DNA of 64,000 nucleotides from Polyangiales bacterium (lineage in GTDB: Bacteria; Myxococcota_A; Polyangia; Polyangiales; Ga0077539), in NCBI GenBank assembly GCA_044229975.1, contig JBGARZ010000001.1, positions 1,071,482 through 1,135,481 on the forward strand. Reading direction: 5' to 3'. Of the stretch, positions 39,618 to 49,698 are shown one piece after another (positions within the stretch are counted from its first letter, which is position 1; each line of letters begins with the position of its first letter). Position numbers and translations under genes: made by a program. Under the pieces are notes generated by a model, which had not been told where the DNA came from, made no database searches, and saw nothing but the letters and a program-made list of their open reading frames with translations.

Positions 39618-40612
39618 GCGAGAATCTCCCTCGATCGGGTGCGCAGCAGCACGATGAGCGCGGGCGCACCGAAGGCCGCGGTGACCAGGCCGAGCGGGAT
39701 CTCCGCGGGCGCCATCGCCGTGCGCGCGAGCCCGTCGCCCGCCACCACCATCACGGCGCCCATGGCGGCGGCCACGGGGAGGTAGGCGCGGTGCGACGGC
39801 CCGACGACGCCGCGCGCGAGGTGGGGGATCACCAGCCCGATGAAGCCGAGCACGCCCACGAAGGCCGTCGCCGCGCCGACGCCCAGAGCCGTCGCGACGA
39901 CCAGGGCGAGGCGCTCGCGGCGGACGGCGATGCCGAGGTGCGCGGCGGCCTCGTCCCCGAGGGTGAGCGCGTCGAGCACGTCGGCCCGGCTGAGGAAGTA
40001 CGCGATCGCGGCGACGAGCCAGGGGGACGCGGCCCACACCATCGGGCGGGTGACGCCGCCGAGGGAGCCGAGGTTCCACGAGGAGAGGGCGCGGAGCTGG
40101 GCGTCGTTGGCGACGTAGGTGATAGCCCCGATGGCCGCGCCCGCGAGCGCGTTGGCCGCGACGCCCGCGAGCACCAGCGACGCCACCGGCAGCGTGTCAC
40201 CCACCGTCGCGACCCGCAGCACGAACAGTACGGTCACGAACGATCCCGCGAAGGCCACCGCCGGCAGCAGCCACACCGTCTCGCTGCCGCGAGCCAGCAC
40301 GATGGCGATCGCAGCCGCGAGCGCCGCGCCGCTCGACACGCCGAGCAACCCGGGGTCGGCCAATGTGTTGCGCAGCAAGCCCTGGAGCACCGCGCCGCTC
40401 GTCGCCAGCGTCGCCCCGACCAGGGTGCCCAGGACCACCCGCGGCCAGCGCAGCGAGAGCACCGCCTCGACGCTCGGGTCACCATGACCCGTCAGGCAGA
40501 GGAGGAGCTCGGTCACGCGGATGTCCGTCGCGCCCACGCCGAGCGCACACACCGCGGTGACGAGCACCACGGTGAGGGCGATCCACGGGGACACGCGGAC
40601 GACCGACTTCAT
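39614..40612 (-). CDS. hmuU: Heme ABC transporter permease (FecCD family)
   Basis: LRWPR, QGLLRNTLADPGLLGVSSGA, GDEAAAHLG, GFIGLVIPH, EIPLG. Confidence 0.9.
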   Translation of the reverse strand: MKSVVRVSPWIALTVVLVTAVCALGVGATDIRVTELLLCLTGHGDPSVEAVLSLRWPRVVLGTLVGATLATSGAVLQGLLRNTLADPGLLGVSSGAALAAAIAIVLARGSETVWLLPAVAFAGSFVTVLFVLRVATVGDTLPVASLVLAGVAANALAGAAIGAITYVANDAQLRALSSWNLGSLGGVTRPMVWAASPWLVAAIAYFLSRADVLDALTLGDEAAAHLGIAVRRERLALVVATALGVGAATAFVGVLGFIGLVIPHLARGVVGPSHRAYLPVAAAMGAVMVVAGDGLARTAMAPAEIPLGLVTAAFGAPALIVLLRTRSREILA

Positions 40613-41511
40613 GCAGTCACCGCGGCGTGGAGGCGCGTGGCCAGGGAGGACACCGCCGTACCGGTGCGAGGGCCGAAGCCCAGGAGCAGCAGGTCTTCCA
40701 TCGCCACGATGCGACCCGGCCGCGCGCACGCGGTCTGCGCCACGCCGGGCAGCGCGGCGATGGCGGCGGGACCACCCATCGCACCGAGCCCACGCTCCGT
40801 CACGAGCAGCACATCGGGCGCCGCGCTCACGAGGCTCTCCGCGGTGAGCGGCCGGTAGCCCGCCCACCGCGAGCGCATCGGGTTCTCTCCGCCCGCGAGG
40901 GAGATCATCGCGTCGGCGGCGGTGTCACGGCCCGCCACCTGCGGCGCACCCGGGCCGCGCGCGTAGAGAAACAACACCTTCGGACGCGCGCCCGTGGGCG
41001 TCGTCACCCGAGCGAGCTCCGCGTCGAGCGTACGAAGCAACGCGTCACCCTGTGGGATGCGGTCGAGCACCGTGGCGATGCGGCGAATGCGCTGCCGGGC
41101 CTGGTCGAGCCCAGGCGTTCCCTCCACCACGAACACCGGAACCCCCGCGCCACGAAGCTGCGTGAGCGTTGCCGGTGGTCCCACCTCGGTCGTCGTGATG
41201 ACCAGCGACGGTCGCAGCGAGAGAACGCCCTCGGCCGCGAGCTGCCGCACATAGCCCACTTGTGGAAGATGCGTGACGGCCTCGGGGAAGGTGCTCGATG
41301 CATCCACCGCGACGACGTGCGGGAGCTCGCCGAGCGCCGCGACGATCTCCGTCACGACGCCCCCGACGGTCACGATGCGGGCGCGGTTGGCGATGTCGAC
41401 CGAGGCGTCGGTGGCGTCGCGCATCGTCGTCGCCGCGGCGGGAGCGGGGGCGCGCTTGCACGCGGCGAGAGCGCCCGAGGCGGCGAGGACGAGCCAGTGG
41501 CGGCGGTTCAT
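40609..41511 (-). CDS. hmuT: Heme ABC transporter substrate-binding lipoprotein
   Basis: RIVTVGGVVTEIV, VGYVRQLAAEGVLSLRP (heme-ligating Tyr motif), LLGFGPR; RR plus LAAC signal. Confidence 0.9.
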   Translation of the reverse strand: MNRRHWLVLAASGALAACKRAPAPAAATTMRDATDASVDIANRARIVTVGGVVTEIVAALGELPHVVAVDASSTFPEAVTHLPQVGYVRQLAAEGVLSLRPSLVITTTEVGPPATLTQLRGAGVPVFVVEGTPGLDQARQRIRRIATVLDRIPQGDALLRTLDAELARVTTPTGARPKVLFLYARGPGAPQVAGRDTAADAMISLAGGENPMRSRWAGYRPLTAESLVSAAPDVLLVTERGLGAMGGPAAIAALPGVAQTACARPGRIVAMEDLLLLGFGPRTGTAVSSLATRLHAAVTA

Positions 41512-42188
41512 CACTGGGCACCACCGTCGGGGGTCGCGATCTCCTGCCAGCGGAAGCTGACGAAGCCCGAAGTGCCCGCCATGTCGTAGTAGCCGGTGAG
41601 CTTCAGCTTGAAGACGCGGCGCTCGGTGGTCCGCACGACATAGACCAGGTCTCGCGGGGAGAGCGAGTGGTCCATCACGTTGTAGGCGTACCAGGTGTCC
41701 TGCTGGTCGAAGACATAGTCCGGGTCGGTGTTGCCGTCGGCGCCGTCCGCCACGTCCGTGAGCCAGCCCGACGTCGGAACCGTCGTCACACCATCGAAGG
41801 TGACGCCCGCGAGACGCGCGATCTCCACGCCGCCCGTGCCGCTCACGCCGCCGTTGGACTTGATCTTGAAGCGCTGGAGCTGGAGGTCCCATCCCTCCAT
41901 CGCGACGCCCGCCATCTCGCCGCGGTCGAGGTCGACATAGACCCACTGATCAGAGGCCGTCGCGTCGACACGCGTGACGAGCGCGGCGCCGTCGCGGGTG
42001 TGGGTGAGGCGCTCGTTGTTGGCGCTGCTCCCGCCGGGACGATCGACGACGGGCATCGCACCGCCATCACCGAGCTCGGCGGGTCGGATGTCGGGCGAGC
42101 AGGCCGCCGCGCAGGCGAGAACGGCGACGGGGAGGAGCGTGCGAGAGAGCATCGGGGCGGTTCTCCAGTGGGTGACGGACGGGGTCAT
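41511..42188 (-). CDS. hmuY: HmuY family heme-binding lipoprotein
   Basis: WVYVDL, WDLQLQRFKIKSNGG, WYAYN, KLKLTGYY, G..SFRW; ATG overlaps the receptor stop. Confidence 0.85.
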   Translation of the reverse strand: MTPSVTHWRTAPMLSRTLLPVAVLACAAACSPDIRPAELGDGGAMPVVDRPGGSSANNERLTHTRDGAALVTRVDATASDQWVYVDLDRGEMAGVAMEGWDLQLQRFKIKSNGGVSGTGGVEIARLAGVTFDGVTTVPTSGWLTDVADGADGNTDPDYVFDQQDTWYAYNVMDHSLSPRDLVYVVRTTERRVFKLKLTGYYDMAGTSGFVSFRWQEIATPDGGAQ

Positions 42189-45100
42189 CGGCGGATGGTC
42201 ACGCCGAGGTAGGCGACGCGCGGAGGCACCAGCAGGAAGCGCGGATCACCCGCGTCGAGGACGTTGTCGCAGGCGACGAAGACCTGGGCCTGGCGGTTCC
42301 AATTCCAGGCGGCGCGCACGTCAACCGAGGCGTAGGGGACGGCCATCTCGGGACCCGTCACCGGGTAGAACTGCCGTGGCCCGACGATGGCCGCGCGCGA
42401 CGAGAACTCCAGCCCGGTGCCCGCGTGACGGAGCTGCATCCCGAGGTTGACCCGGTGCATCGCGCGGCCTTCGAGCGGTCGCGCGTTGGTGAGGTCGCGC
42501 GTCGCCATCAGCGTGTACCCGACATCGAACACGACGCCGGTGCGCGGGCGGATGCGAGCGCTGAGCTCGGCGCCCATGGTCCAGGCCGAGGAGATGTTGC
42601 GGTAGGTGTAGCGCTGCGCCTCGGCGGGGTTGTCGCGAGGCACCAGCACCGTGTCGATGAGGTCGTCGATGTCGTTGCGGAAGAGGTTGGTGGTGAGCCA
42701 GAGCCAGTTCTTGGGACGCCACTCGACGCTGAGGTTGACCGAGCGCGACGTCTCGGCGCGAAGCCCGGGGTTGCCCTCGACGACGTACCCGACGCCCGGG
42801 TTCTCGAAGTGCAGCAGCAGCTCCTGAAACGACGGTGCGCGGAAGCCCCACCCGTAGCTGGCGCGCAACGCAACCGTGCGATGCGGATCGAAGCGCACCT
42901 GGAGCTTCGGCGTGGGCGCGGCGCCAAACTGCGAGTCGACGTCGAGGCGCACGCCGGGAACGACGACGAGGCGCGGGAGCGCTCCGCGGATGGTCCACTG
43001 GTCTTGCACGAAGACGGCGCCGCGCTGGCGATCGCCCTGGCCCGAGCCGAGACGGTCGGCGGCGAGGCTCTCGTAGTACCCCTCGGTGCCCACGGTGAGC
43101 AGTTGCCCGCGGCCGAGGTCGTGGTCGACCTGCAACGAGAGCTGCCCGATGCGGTTGCGCGTCTCCTGAAACTGGTCGAGCGCCGTAGAGCCACGCTGAT
43201 CGAGCGAGTACTGGTCGCGGTACGAGGTGAAGTACGCCCCGGCGCGCACGCGTGAGGTGAGCTGCGGCCCGAAGCGGTACTCCGGCGCGACGGAGACCGA
43301 GAAGGTCTCGGTGAGGTTCTGGCGGTCATAGACTGCCCCCCCTGCCCCGCCGTCGACGCCCTGCTGATGGCGCATCAGCCAGTCGCCGTTGACCACCAGC
43401 GAGAACGACGGCCGCGGGCGCCACTCGAAGCGACCGGCGGCGGTTCCGCTGTTGTAGGTGCTGCCGTTGGTCGCGACGTTGGAGGGGTCGAGGTCGAAGG
43501 CGTCGCGGTGCCGGTAGCCCGCGGTGACGCTCGCGCTGATCGGCCCGCGCAGCATCGCGCCGCGCACGGAGCTGTCGATGGTGTTGAGCATCCCGTAGCG
43601 GGCATGCACTTCGCCGTCCCACGGGAGCACCGGGCGACGCGTGATGACGTTGACCACGCCACCAATGGCGTCGGCGCCGTAGAGGGCCGAGCTCGGGCCG
43701 CGCACGATCTCGATGCGCTGGATGTCGCCGACGGGGATGCGCGAGAGATCGACGGCACCGTTGACGCGGCCGCCCATGCGCTCGCCGTTGATGAGGATGA
43801 GCACGTACTGCGGGTCGAGGCCCTGGATGCGGAGGTTGGCCCCGGAGATGTTGGAGCGGTTGACGTCCATGCCGGGGTGCTCTTCGAGGACGCCTGCGAG
43901 GTCTTCGGCGCCGGAGGCTTCGATGTCCTGACGGGTGATGACCTCGGTGATGACGGGGTTGTCGGCGAGGCGTCGCTCGGTGCGCGTCCCGGTGACCACG
44001 AACTCCGGCACGTCGGGATCGGCGGGCGGAGCGGTGGTGCGGGGCTGCGCGCTCGCAGCCGTCGACGCGAGGCCGATCGCGAGGGCCGCGCGACAAACAC
44101 GCCGACGGGAGAGCACCACGAGCGCGAGGAGCAGCAGCGCTAGCGACAAGGGTGACGACGTCGACGCGGCACGACAGGAGCACCCCGACGGAGCGTCCAT
44201 CGTTGGAGGAGTGACGGTCCCGACGTCGGCTGTGCTGCCGCCATCAGTGGGAGCGCCACCATCCGCCGAAGCACCCGCATCGACGACCTCGACGCCGCAC
44301 TCCGCCGCGGTGCCCGCGCAGATCGAGAGCTGGCTGCTCCCGCCAGCGGTGCGCGTGTTGACCAGCGCGAAGATCACCTCGGATGCGCCGCGCGCGTCGA
44401 TCTCCAGCGCGCCACTTCCGGGCGTCAGCGTGCGCGGATCATCGAGCCGTCCGTCCCGTCGGGTCGTCGCAAGAACACGAACTCCATCGAAGGGATCGGT
44501 CTCCCCACCGCTCGCATCGGCGAGCACGAGGCGCACCTGCTCGCGCCCCTCGGTGGGCAGTCGGTAGTACCGCGCCGACGCGCGAAAGAGCCGCGTGCGA
44601 TCGGTGCGAAATGGCAGCGCACCGACGGTGGCCTGCACCCGGTTCATGCGGGCGCCTTCGACCCACCCGCGGGCCGGGTCGGCGTCGCGCGCGGTGAAGA
44701 GGTTGGCGCTCGCGAAGGCGGTGAAGACCTCCGCGAAGTCACCGCGCGAGCTCTCCCGAAGAAGCGTGTCGAGGGTGGTGGTCCAGAGCTCGTCGGCGGG
44801 TGCGAGGGCGCGACGCTCCCAGAGGGTTCGCACCACGTCGTCGCCGTGCCGACGCGAGAGCAGATCGAAGAAGATCCCTGCGCCGTAGGAGAACCCGTCG
44901 GGCGGCCCGGCCGGGTCTTGATCGAGCGGGCGCTCGGGCGAGGCGAGGTATCCGGCGGAGGCGCGTTCGAGGTCGTCGAGGTTGGCGTCGAAGCGCTCGG
45001 TGGCCCAGGTCGCGGTGGCCTCCGAGAGCACGATGCCCTGGCGGGAGTCGTACGCAGCCTGAACGAGATGAAAGAACTCGTGGCTCGCCAGCGTGCGGAC

Positions 45101-45466
45101 GCCCTCTTCGTAGGAGGCGTAGCGGTACCCGGCGAAGTCGTTCTCCTGCACGAGGTAGCCGGTGCAGCGAGAGGGCCGGCCGGCGGTGCAGTTCTCGCGG
45201 CGGTAGGCGCCGTCGGCTCTCCCCGCGAAGTCCACGAGGTACACGTCGATGCGGTCGTCGCCGCCGCGATCGGTGCCGGCGCGCGTGAAGTGCACCGCGA
45301 CCGCGCCGCCCGGCGAGACGATGCGCTCGACGGTGTCGCCCGGATCGAAGCGCGGAAGCTCGCTCGCGTCGGGCGCATCGGGACGAATCTCCGCGACGTG
45401 GACGGCCGTCGCGGGCACGTCGCCGAGACACCCCACAGCGCCCAGCGCGACCACCATCCCGTGCAT
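42185..45466 (-). CDS. Fused ORF: HExxH metalloprotease + MYXO-CTERM-like segment + TonB-dependent receptor
   Basis: ASHEFFHLVQAAY...SEATATW; GCSCRAASTSSPLSLALLLLALVVLSRRR; then FVVTGTRTE (TonB box), IEIVRGPSSALYGADAIGGVVNVIT, GFRAPSF, and YLGVTIRR end. No stop codon between the parts. Confidence 0.8.
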   Translation of the reverse strand: MHGMVVALGAVGCLGDVPATAVHVAEIRPDAPDASELPRFDPGDTVERIVSPGGAVAVHFTRAGTDRGGDDRIDVYLVDFAGRADGAYRRENCTAGRPSRCTGYLVQENDFAGYRYASYEEGVRTLASHEFFHLVQAAYDSRQGIVLSEATATWATERFDANLDDLERASAGYLASPERPLDQDPAGPPDGFSYGAGIFFDLLSRRHGDDVVRTLWERRALAPADELWTTTLDTLLRESSRGDFAEVFTAFASANLFTARDADPARGWVEGARMNRVQATVGALPFRTDRTRLFRASARYYRLPTEGREQVRLVLADASGGETDPFDGVRVLATTRRDGRLDDPRTLTPGSGALEIDARGASEVIFALVNTRTAGGSSQLSICAGTAAECGVEVVDAGASADGGAPTDGGSTADVGTVTPPTMDAPSGCSCRAASTSSPLSLALLLLALVVLSRRRVCRAALAIGLASTAASAQPRTTAPPADPDVPEFVVTGTRTERRLADNPVITEVITRQDIEASGAEDLAGVLEEHPGMDVNRSNISGANLRIQGLDPQYVLILINGERMGGRVNGAVDLSRIPVGDIQRIEIVRGPSSALYGADAIGGVVNVITRRPVLPWDGEVHARYGMLNTIDSSVRGAMLRGPISASVTAGYRHRDAFDLDPSNVATNGSTYNSGTAAGRFEWRPRPSFSLVVNGDWLMRHQQGVDGGAGGAVYDRQNLTETFSVSVAPEYRFGPQLTSRVRAGAYFTSYRDQYSLDQRGSTALDQFQETRNRIGQLSLQVDHDLGRGQLLTVGTEGYYESLAADRLGSGQGDRQRGAVFVQDQWTIRGALPRLVVVPGVRLDVDSQFGAAPTPKLQVRFDPHRTVALRASYGWGFRAPSFQELLLHFENPGVGYVVEGNPGLRAETSRSVNLSVEWRPKNWLWLTTNLFRNDIDDLIDTVLVPRDNPAEAQRYTYRNISSAWTMGAELSARIRPRTGVVFDVGYTLMATRDLTNARPLEGRAMHRVNLGMQLRHAGTGLEFSSRAAIVGPRQFYPVTGPEMAVPYASVDVRAAWNWNRQAQVFVACDNVLDAGDPRFLLVPPRVAYLGVTIRR

Positions 45467-45492
45467 GTGCGAGCGCCCGCGCACCGGTCTGC

Positions 45493-46356
45493 TCAGGACG
45501 CCAGAAACGACCAGCGCAGCCGCACGTTGCCCGCCCCGTTGGGCGTCGGAACCATCCCGGTCGCGTTGCAGGTCTCCTGCGCCGCGGTGTCGTAGTACGA
45601 GAGCACCTGTAGCTTCACGGCGCGGCCATCGCGCAGGCGCACCGCGAAGACGTTGCCGCTCATCTCCACGCACGAGCGGTACGACCAGAAGCTCGACAGC
45701 GCGGTGCCCGGTGCGCCGATGCCCGAGCCGTCGCCCACGAGCTCGCAGCGATCGGTGAAGTAGGCCTCGGCGCGGTACTCCGCGCCCTCCGGTGCGCGCG
45801 TGATCGCAGCGAAGTCGGTGCCCGGCGCGGTGCGGGCCGCGGTCACACACGAGGGGCCGCCGACGCCGCTGTTGAGGCGGATGACGTAGCGGCGGATGGC
45901 GATGTCCCACTCCATCGAACCGAACGCAGCCTCGTCGCTGATGTCGACCTTCTGGAGACCCGCGTCGGTGAAGCGCGCGTAGATGAAGCTCTGCGTGGAC
46001 ATCGCCCCGCCCGCCCGCGCATCGACCAGCGAGCGAAACACCCCGCCCTCGCTGCCCTCGGCGGTGATGGTCGCCGGGTTCACCGTCTCGAAGAGCCGGA
46101 GCTGCATCACCTGCTGGTCGGTGCAGCGCACCGCCGATGCCGCGCATCGCGCGCCACCGCCCTGGACGTCCGCCGTCGGCGCGTCGCTCCCGGGTGCGCC
46201 CGCGTCGACGGCGACACCCGCATCGACCGCCACACCGACGTCGGTCGCCGCGTCTCCGATCGTGGTCTGGAGGACGCCACCACCGCTCGCGCCGCACCCG
46301 GCGCCGACGAGCCCAAGGACCAGGGGAAGCAGCTTCTTCGATCGAGCGAGATGCAT
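45493..46356 (-). CDS. hmuY: HmuY family lipoprotein (myxobacterial, Cys-rich)
   Basis: LVGAGC lipobox; WDIAIRRYVIRLNSG; FWSY; VKLQVLSYY; RLRW. Confidence 0.8.
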   Translation of the reverse strand: MHLARSKKLLPLVLGLVGAGCGASGGGVLQTTIGDAATDVGVAVDAGVAVDAGAPGSDAPTADVQGGGARCAASAVRCTDQQVMQLRLFETVNPATITAEGSEGGVFRSLVDARAGGAMSTQSFIYARFTDAGLQKVDISDEAAFGSMEWDIAIRRYVIRLNSGVGGPSCVTAARTAPGTDFAAITRAPEGAEYRAEAYFTDRCELVGDGSGIGAPGTALSSFWSYRSCVEMSGNVFAVRLRDGRAVKLQVLSYYDTAAQETCNATGMVPTPNGAGNVRLRWSFLAS

Positions 46357-46400
46357 CGGGACTTCTCCAAACGAGGTGGTGTCGGTTGCCGCAAGAAGTA

Positions 46401-46419
46401 GATAATGAAAAACGTTATC
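46401..46419. promoter_or_regulatory. Fur box of the heme uptake operon
   Basis: GATAATGAAAAACGTTATC matches the consensus GATAATGATAATCATTATC at 16 of 19 positions and lies 45 bp upstream of the hmuY start. Confidence 0.85.
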
Positions 46420-47360
46420 ATGGTCAACTCAAGAGTGAGTGTCGCGTCCATCCCCGTTTTTCTCGGTGTTCTCGTTGGCGGTGCGACCGTCGCGGCGCAG
46501 CCGACCCACATATTACCGTCCCAGGTAATCACCCTCCCCTCGTGGTCGGATCGCGCCGGTCGCGTGACCTACGAGCGGCTCGATCGCACCGTCGATCGCG
46601 AGGGTCGCCCAGCCTCGCGGCTGCACCTGCGCGACACCCGCGGTCGCACCTTCCACGGCCTCGTGACGACGGACGCGATCGTTCACCTACGACCGGGCGT
46701 CGATGCGAACCTCACCTTCACGGCGCTCGGTCTCGCGCCGGTGCGACCGCTGTTTGCGGCGACGCGGTCGTGGCTGGTTCGTGACGTTGCTGCGGTCGCC
46801 GATGGTGCCGATCTCGCCGCGCGGTTGTCCGTCGACGGCGTCGCGGGGCGACTGTTGACGGCGGCGGTGCCCGGCCTCGCCGTCGAGCGAAGCACCTGGC
46901 AGATACGCGTACCGCCCGACGACCCTCGCTACGGCGGTCAGTGGTACCTCGCGCGGATGCAGATCGAGACCGCGTGGCCCATCCAGACCGGGACGCGCGA
47001 GACGGCGATCGCGGTGGTCGACAACGGCTGCGAGCAGGCCCACCCCGACCTGATGGCCACCATCGTCTCTGGGCGCGACGCGCTCGACCGTGATGACGAC
47101 CCGGAGTTCTTGCCGATGTCGAGCGGCGACAACCACGGAACCTCTGGCGCCGGCATCGTCGCGGGCGTCGGCGACAACGGCGTCGGCATCGCCGGGGTCG
47201 GTCCTCGCTGCACGGTGCGGTGGTGGTCTTCGCCGCGGGCAACGAGAACCGCGAGATCGGCGACGACGAGATCTACGGAGTGCGCGGCGTGGTGACCGTC
47301 GACGCGCGGACCAACTTCGACGAGCCGACGTCGTTCAGCAACCGCGGCCTCCCGGTGCAT
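46420..47360 (+). pseudogene. Decayed subtilisin-like (S8) serine protease
   Basis: IAVVDNG (Asp) and HGTSGAGIVAG (His) in one frame; VVFAAGN...SFSNRG resumes in another frame at 47220 with the intervening region missing; no GTSxA catalytic Ser before the convergent gene. Confidence 0.75.
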
Positions 47361-47403
47361 CGCTCATGGTGGTGCTCGCGACGCGTCGGCGCAGGTCTCT
47401 CGC

Positions 47404-49605
47404 TCACCAGAAGACCGGGCGCGTCGGCGCGCGGGTGCGGCCCGACGCGGGATAGCCCAGCGTCCCCTCGTAGCCCCAGCAGTAGACCCGCGGCGGAACA
47501 ACCGTCCCCACGGTCTCGGCCACCGTCAGGAGGCACCCGTAGTTGTCCGAGAGGGAGACGCTCTGCACGCGCAGCGTCGCGACCCCCGGCGGCGCAGGCA
47601 CCCTGGTCGCGCGCGGAACGTTCCCGGCGACGTCGACCCCCGCCTGACCCACGAGGTTGTTGCCCCAGCAGTAGAGCGCTCGCGTCGAGGTGATGGCGCA
47701 CGCCCCGGCGTAGGTCGTGGCGACGGCGATGACGTCTGTGAGCGGGATATCCCGCGATGGCATTGTCGGGTCGGCCGTCACCACGCGCGTCGGAACGTTG
47801 CGGTTCGTGGACGTCCCGTCACCGACCTGGCCCACGTCGTTGCGACCCCAACACCAGAGGGCGCCCGTGTTGTCGAGGGCGCACCCGAACTCCAGCCCCG
47901 CAGCGATGGCCGTACACGGCGGGAGGGTCGGGATGCGTCGCGCCTGCGCTGCGTAGTCCGTCGGCGCGGTGTAGCCGAGCCCGAGGCGACCATCGCCGTT
48001 GACGCCCCAGCTCCACACCTCGCCGTTGTCGCGCAAGGCGAGCGAGAAGCTGGTGCCGCGCCGCACCTGCGTGACGCCCACGAGCGGTTGATCGTCGAAG
48101 CGCAGGACGGGGAACGCGGGGTCAGGCTGCGTGCGATCGGCGCCTCTGGGGTTGCCCTGCGCGTAGGCGAGCGCGCTGCCCCAGCAGGCGACGCGGCCGT
48201 CGGTTCCGTAGGCCGCGCAGCCGATGCTGTAGATGCCGTTGGGGCTGCCCGTCGCGTCGCGCACGCCCGTGAGACCCGGGATGTCGACCCACCGCGTGCG
48301 CGAGGTCGTGGTGCCATCACCGAGCGCGCCGCCGTTGGAACCAAGCCCCTGCAACGTCCCGCTCGACGTGACCCGATAGAGACGACCGGGGGAAGCGAAG
48401 ATGAGGTCCTGTCCGGTGAGGTCGACCGCGATCGGCGACGGCACCTCGCGGTACCCCGCCCATGGAAACACCGCTGGGGTCGCGTCCGTCTCGCTCGCCC
48501 AGGAGCCCTGCCCGAAGCCGCGCCAGGTGTTGTCGGTGAGCCGCACCAGCGCGCCGCCTCCCCAGTTGGCGACGATCTCCACGGGGTTGAGACAGACGCC
48601 CGCGTTGCAAGCGACCTCGCACACGTTGCCGCAGACGCCGCAGTGGCCGCGGTCGGAGCGCAGGTCGGTGCACAGGCCGTTGCAGTCGGAGTAGCCCGCC
48701 GCGCAGGTCGCGCGACAGACGCCCGCCACACACGCGACGGTCCCGGTCCCGGCGCTCGGGCGCGGGCAGCGGTTGCCGCAGCGGCCGCAGTTGTCGAGGT
48801 CGGTTCGCAGGTCGGGCGCGCCGAGGCAGACCATGCCGCCATCGAGCAGCGTCGCGACGTCGCCCACGTCGACCACGTCGACCACGTCCCTCACGTCGGC
48901 GCTCGCGACATCCGCGACCGCGACATCAACCGCGTCCATCGCGGTGACGTCCACGACATCTCCACTCGTCGCATCCGAGACATCGAGCGCGGCAACGTCT
49001 GCGCCCACCGCGTCCGCCGTCACGACATCGACCGCGTCGAGCACCCCGACGTCGACGACCCCCGCGTCGAGCGTCACGGCGTCCGGGGTCACCCCCGCAT
49101 CGACCGCGGCTCCATCGGCCACGGCCGCGTCCACGAGAGCGTCACCGCCGTCGACGTCACCACCGTCCCCGACGCTCAGCCGCGCCGTCACCCGATCGGG
49201 CTCGCGGCACAGCATCCGCGCGGTGTCGCAGGTGTTGCTGGCGGGCGGCTGTACGCACTCGCCATCGGATGCGCAGACCGCGTGACAGAGGCCCGCGCTG
49301 CACGTCGACGTCGGGCTGCAATCGCTCGGAAACGCGCAGAGCAGGGCGCTCTCGGGACGGAAGCAGACCTTCTTGCCGGCCTGCCCGGCGTTGGCGCAGA
49401 GCTCGCCGCGGGGGCAGTCCCGATCGGACGCGCACTGCGCGCGACAGCGTCGGGCGGAGCAGATCAGCGGGTCGGCGCAGTCGGCGTTGAAGAGGCACTC
49501 GTCGCCGAGCACCTTCGGCGAGGTGCAGCCCGCGAGCGACAACCCCAGGGCCACCGCGACCCATGCGGACCACGAAGGGGACGAAAACGGAGTGACGTGT
49601 TTCAA
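47404..49605 (-). CDS. Lipoprotein with Cys-rich repeats, an Asp/Val linker and an RCC1-like beta-propeller
   Basis: LAGC lipobox; NCGRCGNRC/HCGVCGNVC repeats; RCC1 repeats WSWGVNGDGRLG, WCWGRNDVGQVG, YCWGNNLVGQAG. Confidence 0.85.
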   Translation of the reverse strand: MKHVTPFSSPSWSAWVAVALGLSLAGCTSPKVLGDECLFNADCADPLICSARRCRAQCASDRDCPRGELCANAGQAGKKVCFRPESALLCAFPSDCSPTSTCSAGLCHAVCASDGECVQPPASNTCDTARMLCREPDRVTARLSVGDGGDVDGGDALVDAAVADGAAVDAGVTPDAVTLDAGVVDVGVLDAVDVVTADAVGADVAALDVSDATSGDVVDVTAMDAVDVAVADVASADVRDVVDVVDVGDVATLLDGGMVCLGAPDLRTDLDNCGRCGNRCPRPSAGTGTVACVAGVCRATCAAGYSDCNGLCTDLRSDRGHCGVCGNVCEVACNAGVCLNPVEIVANWGGGALVRLTDNTWRGFGQGSWASETDATPAVFPWAGYREVPSPIAVDLTGQDLIFASPGRLYRVTSSGTLQGLGSNGGALGDGTTTSRTRWVDIPGLTGVRDATGSPNGIYSIGCAAYGTDGRVACWGSALAYAQGNPRGADRTQPDPAFPVLRFDDQPLVGVTQVRRGTSFSLALRDNGEVWSWGVNGDGRLGLGYTAPTDYAAQARRIPTLPPCTAIAAGLEFGCALDNTGALWCWGRNDVGQVGDGTSTNRNVPTRVVTADPTMPSRDIPLTDVIAVATTYAGACAITSTRALYCWGNNLVGQAGVDVAGNVPRATRVPAPPGVATLRVQSVSLSDNYGCLLTVAETVGTVVPPRVYCWGYEGTLGYPASGRTRAPTRPVFW

Positions 49606-49698
49606 GATGCTTCGCTCCTGGCGAGGACGATCTAGCCCCAGGGAGCGCGTGCATCTCCAGCCCCGGCTACCGTGAATTCAGTTGAATTCAGGTCGCGT

